Positions 1 to 11,212 of a stretch of DNA of 64,000 nucleotides are shown here, in pieces. Within the stretch, counting starts at the first letter, position 1. Every line of letters starts with the position of its first letter. The notes under the pieces are model-generated. The model had not been told where the DNA came from, did not search any database, and worked only from the letters and a program-made list of their open reading frames with translations. The translations under genes and the position numbers were made by a program. Origin of the DNA: an uncultured Actinomycetes bacterium (GTDB lineage: Bacteria > Actinomycetota > Thermoleophilia > UBA2241); contig CAVXDR010000002.1 of the NCBI GenBank assembly GCA_963760655.1, positions 113,944-177,943 on the forward strand. Reading direction: 5' to 3'.

Positions 1-55
1 CGGTGCTGGGTACCGGCGCCCGCGGGCCGGGGGCGACGAGCGAGGCGGGCGGGGC

Positions 56-568
56 ATGAGCGAGCGGGTGCCGATCCGGGCGGTCGTCATCACGCTCTCC
101 GACTCGGGTCATGCGGGCCGCCGCGCAGACGAGAGCGGCGCCGTGCTCGAGGGTCTGCTGAACGAGCTCGGCGCCGAGTACGTCGAGCGCGTGCTGCTGC
201 CCGACGAGCAGGTGCTGCTGACCGACAAGCTCATCCACTACGCCGACCGCACGCCGGCCAACCTCATCCTGACCACGGGCGGCACGGGTCTCACGTCGCG
301 CGACGTGACGCCCGAGGCCAGCAGGGCGGCCTTCGACCGCGAGGCGCCCGGCTTCGCCGAGGCGATGCGCGCCGCGTCCCTCGAAAAGACGCCGCACGCC
401 ATGCTGTCGCGTGCGGTGAGCGGCCTGCGCGGCGCCACACTGATCATCAACTTCCCGGGCAGCCCGGTCGCCTGCCGTGAGCAGTTCGCCGTGATCCGCG
501 CCGCCCTGCCGCACGCGCTCGAGAAGCTGGCCGACCTGGGCGGCGACTGCGCCCGGCCCGGCGCCTGA
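56..568 (+). CDS. mog: molybdenum cofactor biosynthesis protein, MogA/MoaB family
   Basis: 170-aa ORF. 'VVITLSDS' and 'LILTTGGTGLTSRDVTPEA' match the MogA/MoaB fold signature (TGGTG...RD). Confidence 0.85.
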   Translation: MSERVPIRAVVITLSDSGHAGRRADESGAVLEGLLNELGAEYVERVLLPDEQVLLTDKLIHYADRTPANLILTTGGTGLTSRDVTPEASRAAFDREAPGFAEAMRAASLEKTPHAMLSRAVSGLRGATLIINFPGSPVACREQFAVIRAALPHALEKLADLGGDCARPGA

Positions 569-584
569 GGGCCGCGCCGGTCCC

Positions 585-1154
585 TCAGCCGGCGAGCGCC
601 AGGGCGAGGTAGGCGGCGATCGCCGCGTCGGCGTCCTCGACCTCGCGCCAGTGGCCGCTCGCGAGGCGCAGCTCGAGCTCGGCGACCGCGATCCCCAGGC
701 TCTCGGCCGCCGCGCCGCGCGTCGCGTGGCGCCGCACCGTGCGCACCGCGGCCCACTCGGCGGCGTCGCGCGCCCGCACGAGCGGCTCGACGAGGCCGCA
801 GAAGGCGTTCAGCAGCAGGTCGCCGGCGGCGCCGGTGCCCCGGTAGTGCACGAGCCGATCGGCGCGCAGCGCCGCGACGAACGCCTCTTCGGCCGCGCCG
901 TCGAGCGCGACCCCTACGCGGACCTGCAGGGGCGCCACCAGCTCGCGCAGCAGGCTCACGCAGAGCGGCGCCTGGACGGCGTCGGCCAGGACGCCCGCCG
1001 GAGCGTCGTCGTCGACGAGCGCGAAGGGTCGCACGAGACCGGGGGCGAAGACCGCGTTCAGCTCGTCGAGGGCGCGATCGAGTGCGGGAGCGAGCGTCTC
1101 GGGCTCGGCGAGGCGCCGGGAGCCGATCACGTCGGCGTGGATCGCAGCGTGCAT
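585..1154 (-). CDS. hypothetical protein, possibly SatD-family
   Basis: 189-aa ORF with AGGAGG 7 nt upstream of the ATG. The N-terminus 'AIHADVIGSRRL' resembles the SatD-family start as I recall it. Function is unknown. Confidence 0.5.
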   Translation of the reverse strand: MHAAIHADVIGSRRLAEPETLAPALDRALDELNAVFAPGLVRPFALVDDDAPAGVLADAVQAPLCVSLLRELVAPLQVRVGVALDGAAEEAFVAALRADRLVHYRGTGAAGDLLLNAFCGLVEPLVRARDAAEWAAVRTVRRHATRGAAAESLGIAVAELELRLASGHWREVEDADAAIAAYLALALAG

Positions 1155-1281
1155 GAGCGCGCCTCCTGCGGCGGGCGGCCGTCGGCCTACAAGTACGCCG
1201 ACGGTCGCCCGAGTCCTCTCGAAGGTGCCCTATGCCGGCGCCGCGCCGTCGCGGCGCCCGGGCGCACCGCCGCCGTAACGA

Positions 1282-1310
1282 GTGACGTGCGCCGCCTCAC
1301 CATCTACATT
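1282..1310 (+). promoter_or_regulatory. putative sigma70-type promoter of the ccm operon
   Basis: GTGACG (1282-1287), a 17-nt spacer, then TACATT (1305-1310). It lies about 90 nt upstream of ccmE. A small hairpin CGAACCG/CGGTTCG sits at 1340-1360 in the leader. Confidence 0.4.
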
Positions 1311-1399
1311 GAGACGGTCCGCAGCGCCCTGCGACGGCCCGAACCGCTCGACACGGTTCGAGCGCCGGCCGCCTGGGCACCACGTGGCGGGAGTGAGCC

Positions 1400-1822
1400 A
1401 TGAGCAAGAGGGCCCAGCGACGCCTGATCGTCGCCACCATCGTCCTGGTGGCGGTGTTCGCCGTCGCCATGGTGTACGTCGTGGTCGCCCAGGGCGCCTA
1501 CTACCGGCAGGTCTCGGCCCTGTCGGCCGCCGACGACGGCCACGACGTGAAGGTCGGCGGCGCCGTCGTGCGCGGCTCGATCGTGCGCGGCCCCGCTGGC
1601 GTGCGCTTCGCGATCGAGGACCTCACGGGCAAGAGCGCCACCGTGAACGTCGCCTACGACGGTCAGATGCCGGCCACCTTCGCGGCCGGCGTGCAGGTCG
1701 TGGTCACGGGCCGCTTCGCGGCCGGGACCGACCGGATCGCCGCCCAGCAGCTCGAGACCAAGTGCCCGTCGAAGTACGCGGGCAAGGCGAGCCCTCTGCC
1801 ACAGGCGAACGTCGGGCAGTAG
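1400..1822 (+). CDS. ccmE: cytochrome c-type biogenesis heme chaperone CcmE, Cys-variant (CxxxY)
   Basis: 140 aa with an N-terminal TM anchor and an OB-fold-like 'VKVGGAVVRGSIV...FAIEDLTG...V.V.Y.G.MPA.F..G..VVVTG'. The C-terminal 'LETKCPSKY' aligns to E. coli 'LAKHDENY'. Confidence 0.9.
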   Translation: MSKRAQRRLIVATIVLVAVFAVAMVYVVVAQGAYYRQVSALSAADDGHDVKVGGAVVRGSIVRGPAGVRFAIEDLTGKSATVNVAYDGQMPATFAAGVQVVVTGRFAAGTDRIAAQQLETKCPSKYAGKASPLPQANVGQ

Positions 1823-1832
1823 GGGTCGTCGC

Positions 1833-3824
1833 TTGATCGTCCTCGGCCGCCTCGCCCTCGCCTGCTGTCTGGCCTTCTCGCTGGGCGCCGTCGCGCTCCT
1901 CGGCCTCGGCGTGCGGCGCCGCAGCGCCGATCTCGTGCGGTCCGGCTACCTCGCCGTCTACGGCCTGTTCTTCGCCGTCGTGGTCGCCTGCGCCGTGCTG
2001 CTCGAGGCGTTCGTCGGGCGCGACTTCGCGTTCGCCTACGTCGCTCAGAACTCCGACTCCAGCCTGTCGCTGTTCTACCGCGTGGCCGGCTTCTGGGCCG
2101 GCCAGCAGGGCTCGCTGCTGCTGTGGACCGCGCTGCTCGCCCTGGTCACCGTGGTGATCGCCCTGCGCGACGTCGAGGCCGCCGACCGTCTTACGGCGGC
2201 GACGGTCGCCGTGCTCGCCGCCGTCACCGCCGTGTTCGTCGCGCTCATGGTGGTCGACGGCGGCTCCGACCCGTTCCTTGCGGCCGCGGCCGGCGCCTCG
2301 GGCGCCGGCCTGAACCCGCTCCTCCTGCACCCGGCCATGGTGCTCCATCCGCCCGCCCTCTTTGCCGCCTACGCCACGCTCGCCGTGCCGTTCGCCGGCG
2401 CCACGGCGACGCTGCTGCTCGGCGACACGGGTGGCGCCTGGGCCTCGGGCGCCCAGCGCTGGGCGCTGGCCGGCTGGCTGCTGCTGTCGCTCGGCATCGG
2501 GCTCGGCGCCTGGTGGGCCTACGTCGTGCTGTCGTGGGGCGGTTACTGGGGCTGGGACCCCGTCGAGAACACGTCGCTCGTGCCCTGGCTCACGGCCACG
2601 GCGCTCGTGCACTCGCTGCTCGTCTACCGCCGCAGCGGGCAGCTCGCGCGCTGGACCCTCGGCCTCGCCTGCGCGACCTTCTGGGCCACGATCCTCGCGA
2701 CCTGGACGACGCGCACCGACCTGATCAGCTCGGTCCACGCCTTCGAGCGCAACGACACCATGATCGTCGTGCTGACCGCGCTGCTCGGCGTGGTGGCCGC
2801 CCTGTCGATCGGTCTGCTCGCGGGGCGCTGGCGGCGCTTCGCCGCGGCGGCGCCGGCGCGCGGCGACGGCGCCGCCGGCCTCGCGTCGGCGGGGCTGAAC
2901 GTGGGGCTCTCCGTGCTCGCCGCCGCACTCGCGGCGGCCACCGTCCTCGTGCCGCTCACCACCGATCGCACCCTGGGGCCGGCCGCCTACCGCACGTTCG
3001 CCGAGCCGCTCGGCGTCGCGGTCGTCGCGGCGCTCGCCCTCTGCCCGCTGCTCGCGGCCGCCGCGGCCGGCCGCTCGTGGTGGCGGGCGCTGCGCTGGCC
3101 GCTGCTCGCGGCCGCCGCGGCCCTGCCCCTGCTGCTCGCCAGCGGGCGGCTGCGCGCGAGCCCGCTCGGCGTCGCCGGCCTCGACGTCTGCTGCCTGGCG
3201 GCGGCCGCGCTCGCCGTCCACGTGGCGGGCAACGCGCGGCGGGGCGCCGGCGAGCGTCTCACGCTCGCCGGCCTGCGCCGCGCGCTGCTCGGCAGCCGCA
3301 GCCGCTCGGCCGCGCTCGTGGCCCACCTCGGCGTCGTCCTGGTCCTGCTCGGCCTGGTCGGCTCCAACCTCTACCGCACTGAGCGCAACGCCTACATCGC
3401 GGCCCGGCCGGGCGCCACGGCCGCGGTCGCCGGCTACACGCTGCGCTTCAGCGGCTTCTCACAGGACACCGGGCCGCAGGGCTCGCGCCGCTTCTACGCC
3501 CACTTCACGGTGAGCCGCGGCGGCCGCGCGCTCGGCAGCGTCGCGCCGCACACCGACGTCTATCCCGCCGCCGGCGCCGCGCTGCGCGCCGTCATTCTCG
3601 GCAGCCCGTCGCGCGACCTGTTCGTGGTCGGCCAGGACCCCTTCGACACGGCCGTCACGCATCTGCGCCTGCAGCTCGACGTGTTCCCCCTCATGCGCGC
3701 GCTCTGGGCCGGCGTCGCCCTGCTCGTCGGGGGCGGCGCCGTGGCGCTGTGGCCGGCGCGCCGGCGCGCGCCGGCGCCGGCCCGCGAGCGGCGCGACGCG
3801 GCCGTGCGCGAGGGCGCCCGGTGA
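1833..3824 (+). CDS. ccmF: cytochrome c-type biogenesis protein CcmF (heme lyase component)
   Basis: 663-aa polytopic membrane protein with the WWD-type motif 'WGGYWGWDPVENTSLVPWL'. TTG start per the ORF track. Confidence 0.9.
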   Translation: MIVLGRLALACCLAFSLGAVALLGLGVRRRSADLVRSGYLAVYGLFFAVVVACAVLLEAFVGRDFAFAYVAQNSDSSLSLFYRVAGFWAGQQGSLLLWTALLALVTVVIALRDVEAADRLTAATVAVLAAVTAVFVALMVVDGGSDPFLAAAAGASGAGLNPLLLHPAMVLHPPALFAAYATLAVPFAGATATLLLGDTGGAWASGAQRWALAGWLLLSLGIGLGAWWAYVVLSWGGYWGWDPVENTSLVPWLTATALVHSLLVYRRSGQLARWTLGLACATFWATILATWTTRTDLISSVHAFERNDTMIVVLTALLGVVAALSIGLLAGRWRRFAAAAPARGDGAAGLASAGLNVGLSVLAAALAAATVLVPLTTDRTLGPAAYRTFAEPLGVAVVAALALCPLLAAAAAGRSWWRALRWPLLAAAAALPLLLASGRLRASPLGVAGLDVCCLAAAALAVHVAGNARRGAGERLTLAGLRRALLGSRSRSAALVAHLGVVLVLLGLVGSNLYRTERNAYIAARPGATAAVAGYTLRFSGFSQDTGPQGSRRFYAHFTVSRGGRALGSVAPHTDVYPAAGAALRAVILGSPSRDLFVVGQDPFDTAVTHLRLQLDVFPLMRALWAGVALLVGGGAVALWPARRRAPAPARERRDAAVREGAR

Positions 3825-4546
3825 GCACGCTCGCGGAGCCCGAGATCGTCGCGGCCGGCCTGGCCCGCTCGTTCGGCCGCCGCGCGGTGGTCGCCGACCT
3901 GTCCTTTACGGTCGCCCGCGGCGGCTTTCTCGCGCTCTTCGGGCCGAACGGCGCCGGCAAGACCACCACGCTGCGCCTGCTGGCGACGCTGCTGCGGCCC
4001 TCGGCCGGCAGCGTCGAGATCGCCGGCCACGACGCGCGTCGTGACCCGGGCGCGGTGCGCCGCGCCGTCGGCTTCATCTCGCACGAGCCGCTGCTCTACC
4101 GCGACCTCACCGCCCGCGAGAACCTGCGCTTCTACGCCGACATGTACGGCGTCGCTGATCCTGCCGGGCGCGTCGCCGAGCTGCTCGAGCGGCTCGAGCT
4201 CGGCCACCGCGCGGGCGACGCGGTCGCGACCCTCTCCAAGGGCATGCGGCAGCGCCTCGCCATCGCCCGGGCGCTGCTGCACCGGCCGCGCGTGCTGCTG
4301 CTCGACGAGCCCGACGCCGGCCTCGACGCGCGCGCCGTCGAGCTGCTCGACGGCCTGCTCGCCGAGATCCGCGGCGAGCACACCTTCGTCCTTTCGACCC
4401 ACGACCTGCGGCGCGGCCTGGAGCTCGCCGACCAGGTGCTGATCCTCGACGGGGGGCGCGCCGTCTACCACGGGCACGGCGCGCTCGACCCCGGCGACGT
4501 CCTCGCCGTCTACCGCGAGCGCGTGCGCGAAGGGGCGCTGGTGTAA
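3821..4546 (+). CDS. ccmA: heme exporter ATP-binding protein CcmA
   Basis: The GTG at 3821 overlaps the ccmF stop (GTGA). Walker A 'GPNGAGKTT', signature 'LSKGMRQRLAIARAL', Walker B 'LLLDEP'. Confidence 0.85.
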   Translation: MSTLAEPEIVAAGLARSFGRRAVVADLSFTVARGGFLALFGPNGAGKTTTLRLLATLLRPSAGSVEIAGHDARRDPGAVRRAVGFISHEPLLYRDLTARENLRFYADMYGVADPAGRVAELLERLELGHRAGDAVATLSKGMRQRLAIARALLHRPRVLLLDEPDAGLDARAVELLDGLLAEIRGEHTFVLSTHDLRRGLELADQVLILDGGRAVYHGHGALDPGDVLAVYRERVREGALV

Positions 4547-4549
4547 GCC

Positions 4550-5233
4550 GTGGGCCTGCGCCAGTTCCGCGCGATGGTGCGCAAGGACCTCATGCTCGAG
4601 ATGCGCACGCGCGAGACGGTCGCCGCCATGCTCCTGTTCGTCGTGCTCGCCATGATCGTCTTCCACTACGCCTTCACGGCCGGCGGCGGCGCGGCGCCCG
4701 CGCGCTACACCGGGGGCATGCTCTGGGTGGTGTTCGTCTTCGGCGCCCTGCTCGGTCTGGGCCGCTCCTTCGCCCACGAGAAGGACGAAGGCTGCCTCGA
4801 CGGCCTGCTGCTCTGCCCGGTCGACCGGATGACGATCTTTCTCGCCAAGATGACGGCCAACCTCGTCTTCCTGGGTCTGATCCAGGTGCTCGCGGTGCCG
4901 GTCTTCGCCCTGTTCTTCGCGCCCGGCCGGATCGTCGCCCATCTGCCGGGGCTGCTTCTGCTGATCGCCCTCGGCGACCTCGGCATCAGCGCCCTCGGCA
5001 CCCTGCTGGCCACCATCGCCATGCACACCCGCGCCCGCGACCTGATCCTGCCCATCGTCTTCCTGCCGCTCGCCATCCCGCTGCTGATCGCCGCCGCGAC
5101 CGGCACGAGCGGCCTGCTGTCGGCCGCGGCCGGCGGCCCCTCGCTGCTCGGCCGGGCGGCGTTCCTGCTGGTGTACGATGGCGTCTTCCTGGTGCTCGCC
5201 TACGGCACCTACGACGTGGCCATCGGGGAGTGA
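4550..5233 (+). CDS. ccmB: heme exporter membrane protein CcmB
   Basis: 227-aa, six-TM-like protein lying between ccmA and ccmC. The N-terminus 'FRAMVRKDLMLEMRTRE' is typical of CcmB. Confidence 0.85.
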   Translation: MGLRQFRAMVRKDLMLEMRTRETVAAMLLFVVLAMIVFHYAFTAGGGAAPARYTGGMLWVVFVFGALLGLGRSFAHEKDEGCLDGLLLCPVDRMTIFLAKMTANLVFLGLIQVLAVPVFALFFAPGRIVAHLPGLLLLIALGDLGISALGTLLATIAMHTRARDLILPIVFLPLAIPLLIAAATGTSGLLSAAAGGPSLLGRAAFLLVYDGVFLVLAYGTYDVAIGE

Positions 5234-5970
5234 GGACGGTGGAGGGTGCGACGACCGTCGCCGCGCGCGGCAGCGCCGCCCGGGCGCGGGCGCTCGGCCC
5301 GGGCACCGTCGTCGTGCTCGCCGTCGCGGCCGCGTTCCTGCTGGCCGACGTGCTCGTCGGTTTTCTGGCCGCGCCCACCGACGCGTCGACGCTCGGCTTC
5401 AGCCAGAAGATCTTCTACGTGCACGCGCCGATCGCCGAGACGGCGCTGCTCGCCTACGCCGTCGCCTTCGTCGCGGCCCTGCTGTTCCTGCGCCGCGGCG
5501 AGCCCCGCTACGACCGCCTCGGCCTCGCCGCGGTGCGGCTCGGGCTGCTCTTCAGCGTGCTCGTCATGATCTCGGGTGTCATCTGGGGGCGCGCCGCCTG
5601 GGGCGTGTGGTGGGCCTGGGAGCCGCGCCTCACGACGTTCCTCATCGCCTGCCTGCTCTACGCCGGCTACTTCGTGCTGCGCGGCGCGGTCGAAGACGAG
5701 TCGCGGCGCGCCACCTTCGCCGCCCTCTATGCCATCGTGGCCTTCGTCGACGTGCCGATCACCTTCTTTGCGACGCGGTTTCTGCCGGCCGGCCTGCACC
5801 CGGTCGTGCTCGGTCCGTCGGGCAGCGGCATGGCCTGGCGCGACCTCGTCGCCTTTCTGTGCGGCATGGCCGGCATGACCCTGCTGTTCGTCGGGCTCCT
5901 GCGCATCGAGACGGGCATCGAGGCCCTGCGCGAGGGGCTGCGTGACCTCGCCGAATGTCTGGAGGCCTGA
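5230..5970 (+). CDS. ccmC: heme exporter protein CcmC
   Basis: The GTG at 5230 overlaps the ccmB stop (GTGA). WWD motif 'WGVWWAWEPRLTT'. Confidence 0.9.
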   Translation: MRTVEGATTVAARGSAARARALGPGTVVVLAVAAAFLLADVLVGFLAAPTDASTLGFSQKIFYVHAPIAETALLAYAVAFVAALLFLRRGEPRYDRLGLAAVRLGLLFSVLVMISGVIWGRAAWGVWWAWEPRLTTFLIACLLYAGYFVLRGAVEDESRRATFAALYAIVAFVDVPITFFATRFLPAGLHPVVLGPSGSGMAWRDLVAFLCGMAGMTLLFVGLLRIETGIEALREGLRDLAECLEA

Positions 5971-5971
5971 C

Positions 5972-6133
5972 ATGCCGCTCGCCGAAGCCGTCAAGTACGT
6001 CGCGGCCGCCTACGGCGCCGTCCTCGTCGTGCTCGTGGCCTACCTGATCGTCGCCGGCCGGCGCGTCGCGCGGCTGCAGCGCGACCTGCGCGGCCTCGAG
6101 GACGAGGTCGCCCGGCGAAGGCGCGAGGCTTGA
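5972..6133 (+). CDS. ccmD: small single-TM protein, CcmD-like
   Basis: The ATG at 5972 is 2 nt after the ccmC stop. 'YVAAAYGAVLVVLVAYLIVAGRRVARL' gives one TM followed by a basic tail, in the expected position for ccmD. Confidence 0.6.
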   Translation: MPLAEAVKYVAAAYGAVLVVLVAYLIVAGRRVARLQRDLRGLEDEVARRRREA

Positions 6134-6165
6134 GCGCCGCGGGCATCGGGTAGGAAGGCACGTCG

Positions 6166-7544
<1,379 letters not shown>

Positions 7545-7548
<4 letters not shown>

Positions 7549-8525
7549 CTCTGCCGCGGCTCGTCGTCGGCACGCGCGGCAGCCCGCTTGCGCTGGTGCA
7601 AGCGCGCGACGTCGCCGCCGGCCTGCGCGCCGCGCGGCCCGGCATCGAGGTCGCGATCGAGACGGTCACAACGACCGGCGACCGCGTGCTCGACGTACCG
7701 CTGGCGCGCGTCGGCGGCAAGGGGCTGTTCACCAAGGAGCTCGAGGCCGCCCTGCTCGACGGCCGCGTCGACCTGGCCGTGCACTCGGCCAAGGACCTGC
7801 CGACGACCCTGCCGCCGGGCCTCGCTCTGGCCGCGTTCACGCGCCGCGCCGACCCGCGCGACGTGTTCGTCGCGGCCGGCACGGGACCGCGGCCGGCCGG
7901 CCCGGCTGCCCTGCCGGCCGGCGCGCGCCTCGGCAGCTCGAGCCTGCGGCGCCGCGCCCAGCTCCTCGCCCTGCGGCCCGACCTGCGCCTCACCGATCTG
8001 CGCGGCAACGTGGAGACCCGCCTGCGGAAGGTCGCCGAGCAGGGGCTCGACGGCACGGTGCTGGCCGCCGCTGGCCTGGACCGCCTGGGGCGCGCGACCC
8101 TGGCCGCCTTCGCCTTTGCGGTCGACGAGCTGCTGCCCGCGGTCGGCCAGGGCGCCCTGGCGGTCGAGGTGCGGGCCGGCGACGAGCGCGTCGCCGCGCT
8201 CGTCGCCGGCCTCGACGACCGCTCCACCGCCCTGGCCGTGCGTGCCGAGCGCGCCCTGCTCGCCGCCCTCGAGGGCGGCTGCCAGGCGCCGATCGCGGCC
8301 TACGCCGAGCTCGACGCGGCGCCCGACGGCGACGAGCTCCTGCACCTGCGCGCCTTCGCCGGCTCGCTCGACGGCGCTACCGTCGTGCGCGACGCCCTGA
8401 CGGCGCCGGCTGCCGCGCCCGAGGCGCTCGGCCACGCCCTCGCGGAGCGCCTGCGCACGGCCGGCGCCGACCGCCTGCTGGCCGCGGCCCGCGCCGCCGA
8501 CCTCGCGCCGGGCAGCGCGCGGTGA
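7545..8525 (+). CDS. hemC: porphobilinogen deaminase (hydroxymethylbilane synthase)
   Basis: The GTG at 7545 overlaps the hemA stop (GTGA). 'VVGTRGSPLALVQA', 'GGKGLFTKELE', 'DLAVHSAKDLPT'. Confidence 0.95.
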
Positions 8526-9421
8526 GCGTCCTGCGCCGGCCGTCCGGCGACCCGGCTGCCTCCCCCGGTCCCGGCGCGGTCCCCGGCGCCCGCGCCGCAG
8601 CGGCGCCCTCGCCGGGGCCGCTCGCCGGGCGCACGGTGGTCGTCACACGGCCGCGCGGCCAGGCCGCCGGCCTGGCCGCGCCGCTCGAGCGGGCCGGCGC
8701 TCGCGTGCTGCTCTGTCCCGTCATCGCGATCGTGCCGCTCGGTGTGACGGCCGAGCTGGCCGCCGCGATCGCCGGCCTCGACGGCTACGGCACCGTGGTC
8801 TTCACGAGCGCGAACGGCGTCGCCGTCTTCTGCGACGACCTGCGCGAGTGCGGCCTTGCGGCCGCCGCGCTCGCGTCGCGCGAGCTCGTGGCGATCGGTC
8901 CCGCCACGGCGGTCGCCCTCGAGGAGCGCGGCCTGGTCACGAGCCTCGTGCCCGAGGAGCACGTCGCCGAGGGGGTCATCGACGCGCTCGCCGCGCGGGC
9001 CCGGCGCCTCGCCGGCCGCCGCGTGCTGCTGCCCCGCGCCCGCGGCGCCCGGCCCGTGCTGCCCGACGAGCTGCGCCGCCACGGCGCCCTGGTCGACGTC
9101 GTCGACCTCTACGAGGCGGTGCCGGCCACCACGCTGCCCTGCCCGCCGGCCGAGATCGAGGCCGCCGACTACGTGACCTTCACCTCGAGCTCGACCGCGC
9201 GCGCCTTGGCTGCGCTGCTGGGCGCCGAGCGCCTGGCCGAGCGCCTCGCCGGTGTGCGCCCGGCCTCGATCGGGCCGGTGACGAGCGCGACGCTGCGAGA
9301 GCTCGGGCTGCGGGTCGCCGTCGAGGCCGCCGTCTACTCGGCGAGCGGCCTCGCGGCCGCGATCGTGCAGGACGCGGCCGCCCTCACGCTCGCGGCCCAC
9401 GGGACGGCCGCGGGCGGGTAG
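8522..9421 (+). CDS. hemD: uroporphyrinogen-III synthase
   Basis: The GTG at 8522 overlaps the hemC stop (GTGA). A Pro/Ala-rich leader of about 35 aa precedes 'VVVTRPRGQAAGLAAPLERAGARVLLCPVIAI', a HemD-like pattern. It is not fused to cobA. Confidence 0.8.
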   Translation: MSVLRRPSGDPAASPGPGAVPGARAAAAPSPGPLAGRTVVVTRPRGQAAGLAAPLERAGARVLLCPVIAIVPLGVTAELAAAIAGLDGYGTVVFTSANGVAVFCDDLRECGLAAAALASRELVAIGPATAVALEERGLVTSLVPEEHVAEGVIDALAARARRLAGRRVLLPRARGARPVLPDELRRHGALVDVVDLYEAVPATTLPCPPAEIEAADYVTFTSSSTARALAALLGAERLAERLAGVRPASIGPVTSATLRELGLRVAVEAAVYSASGLAAAIVQDAAALTLAAHGTAAGG

Positions 9422-9431
9422 ACTGCCGTCA

Positions 9432-10244
9432 GTGAGCGCCGCTCGACACATCTGCTTCCTGTCGGACTACGGCTACGAGGACGACTTCGCCGGCACCTGC
9501 CGCGGCATCATCGCGCGCGTGGCTCCCGACGTGCGCGTCATCGACATCACGCACGGCATCGTGCGGCACGACCTCGTGGGAGCCGCCTTCGTGCTGCGCA
9601 ACACCGAGCGCTACATGCCCGCGGGCGCGGTCCACCTGGCGGTGGTCGATCCCGGCGTAGGGGGGCCGCGCCGCGCCGTGGTGCTGCGCTCGGCCGGCGA
9701 TCGCTTCTTCGTCGGGCCCGACAACGGCCTGCTCGTGCCGGCCGCCGAGGCCGACGGCGGCATCGCCGGCGCCTGGGAGATCACGAACGACGAGCTCTTC
9801 GCGCAGCCCCTGTCGGCGACGTTCCACGGGCGCGACATCTTCGCGCCGGTGGCGGCCCGCCTGGCCGGCGGTCTGGCGCCCGCGCTGCTCGGTCCCGAGC
9901 TCGACCCCGCCGGCCTCGTGCGGCTGGAGATCCCGCCGCCGGCGGCCACGCGGCGCGGCCTGCGGGCCACGGCCGTGCTGATCGACCGGTTCGGCAACGT
10001 CGCGCTCAACCTCGACGCCGCGGGCCTCGAGGCGGCGCGTCTGGGCGAGACGATCGAGGTGGTCTGCGCGGGGGAGCGCTTCCTCGCCCGCCTCGCGCGC
10101 TCGTTCATCGAGGTGCGGCCGAGCGACATCATGGTGCTGGTCGACAGCTACGGCCAGGTGGCCCTGGCCGTGAACACCGGCTCGGCCGAAGAGGTCCTGG
10201 GGCTGTCGCCGGGCGACGCCGTCGAGCTGCGACGCCTGTCGTGA
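9432..10244 (+). CDS. SAM hydrolase / SAM-dependent halogenase family protein (DUF62)
   Basis: 270 aa. 'ICFLSDYGYEDDFAGTCRGII' and 'HLAVVDPGVGGPRR...VGPDNGLL' are characteristic of S-adenosyl-L-methionine hydroxide adenosyltransferase-like proteins. Confidence 0.85.
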   Translation: MSAARHICFLSDYGYEDDFAGTCRGIIARVAPDVRVIDITHGIVRHDLVGAAFVLRNTERYMPAGAVHLAVVDPGVGGPRRAVVLRSAGDRFFVGPDNGLLVPAAEADGGIAGAWEITNDELFAQPLSATFHGRDIFAPVAARLAGGLAPALLGPELDPAGLVRLEIPPPAATRRGLRATAVLIDRFGNVALNLDAAGLEAARLGETIEVVCAGERFLARLARSFIEVRPSDIMVLVDSYGQVALAVNTGSAEEVLGLSPGDAVELRRLS

Positions 10245-10379
10245 CGGGTCGTGGCCGGCCGGTCCGCGGGGGCGGACGCCGCTCGGTCGCGCCGCCGAGC
10301 AGCCGATGAGCCAGACGATGGTTGCGTCGGCCCGGACGACCGGGTATCATACCTCCTCGCGCATTCAAGGAGTTCTCGC

Positions 10380-10814
10380 GTGAAGACCTTCGTAGCCAAG
10401 CCTGCGACCATCGAGAAGAAGTGGTACGTGGTCGACGCCGCCGGGCAGACCCTCGGCCGGCTGTCGACCGTGGTGGCCGACACCCTGCGCGGCAAGCGCA
10501 AGGTCATTTACACGCCCAACATCGACACGGGCGATTTCGTCGTGATCGTCAACGCCGAGAAGATCGTCGTGACGGGCAACAAGCTCGACGAGAAGACCTA
10601 CTGGCGTCACTCGGGCTATCCGGGCGGCATCAAGGGCGAGTCGCTCAAGAGCCTGCTCGCGCGGCGGCCCGAAGAGGTCGTGCGCCGCGCCGTCAAGGGC
10701 ATGCTGCCGCACAACCGTCTGGGGGCGGCCCAGCTCCGCAAGCTCAAGATCTACGCCGGTCCCGAGCACCCGCACAGCGCTCAGCACCCCGAAACGCTCG
10801 CGATCAAGGAGTAG
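10380..10814 (+). CDS. rplM: 50S ribosomal protein L13
   Basis: GTG at 10380 with AAGGAG 7 nt upstream. '[23 protein letters not shown]' is the L13 signature. A TATCAT -10 candidate lies at 10344-10349. Confidence 0.95.
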   Translation: MKTFVAKPATIEKKWYVVDAAGQTLGRLSTVVADTLRGKRKVIYTPNIDTGDFVVIVNAEKIVVTGNKLDEKTYWRHSGYPGGIKGESLKSLLARRPEEVVRRAVKGMLPHNRLGAAQLRKLKIYAGPEHPHSAQHPETLAIKE

Positions 10815-10819
10815 GACGC

Positions 10820-11212
10820 GTGGCCACAGTCACCTACAGCGGCACCGGCAGGCGCAAGACGAGCGTCGCGCGCGTCGTCCTCACACCCGGCGCGGGCCGC
10901 GTGGTCGTGAACGGCAAGGACCTCGACGACTACTTCGGTCGCCGCGTGCTGCAGACCATCGCCGTCATGCCCTTCGAGGCGACGCACACCCAGGCCAAGT
11001 TCGACGCGCGGGTCAACGTGGTCGGCGGCGGCATGGCCGGCCAGGCCGGCGCCATCCGCCACGGCATCGCCCGGGCGCTCATCGTGGCCGACGAGAACCT
11101 GCGCACGCCGCTCAAGCGGGCCGGCTTCCTCACGCGCGACGCGCGCGTCAAGGAACGCAAGAAGGCCGGCCTCAAGAAGGCGCGCAAGCGGCCGCAGTTC
11201 TCCAAGCGCTAG
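10820..11212 (+). CDS. rpsI: 30S ribosomal protein S9
   Basis: GTG at 10820. '[12 protein letters not shown]' and the C-terminal '[12 protein letters not shown]'. Confidence 0.95.
   Translation: MATVTYSGTGRRKTSVARVVLTPGAGRVVVNGKDLDDYFGRRVLQTIAVMPFEATHTQAKFDARVNVVGGGMAGQAGAIRHGIARALIVADENLRTPLKRAGFLTRDARVKERKKAGLKKARKRPQFSKR

Noticed and set aside
566-590. Inverted repeat TGAGGG...CCCTCA containing both stop codons of the convergent mog and SatD-like genes
   Set aside because: The stem is only about 6 bp with an imperfect GC interior. That is too weak to call a terminator with confidence.
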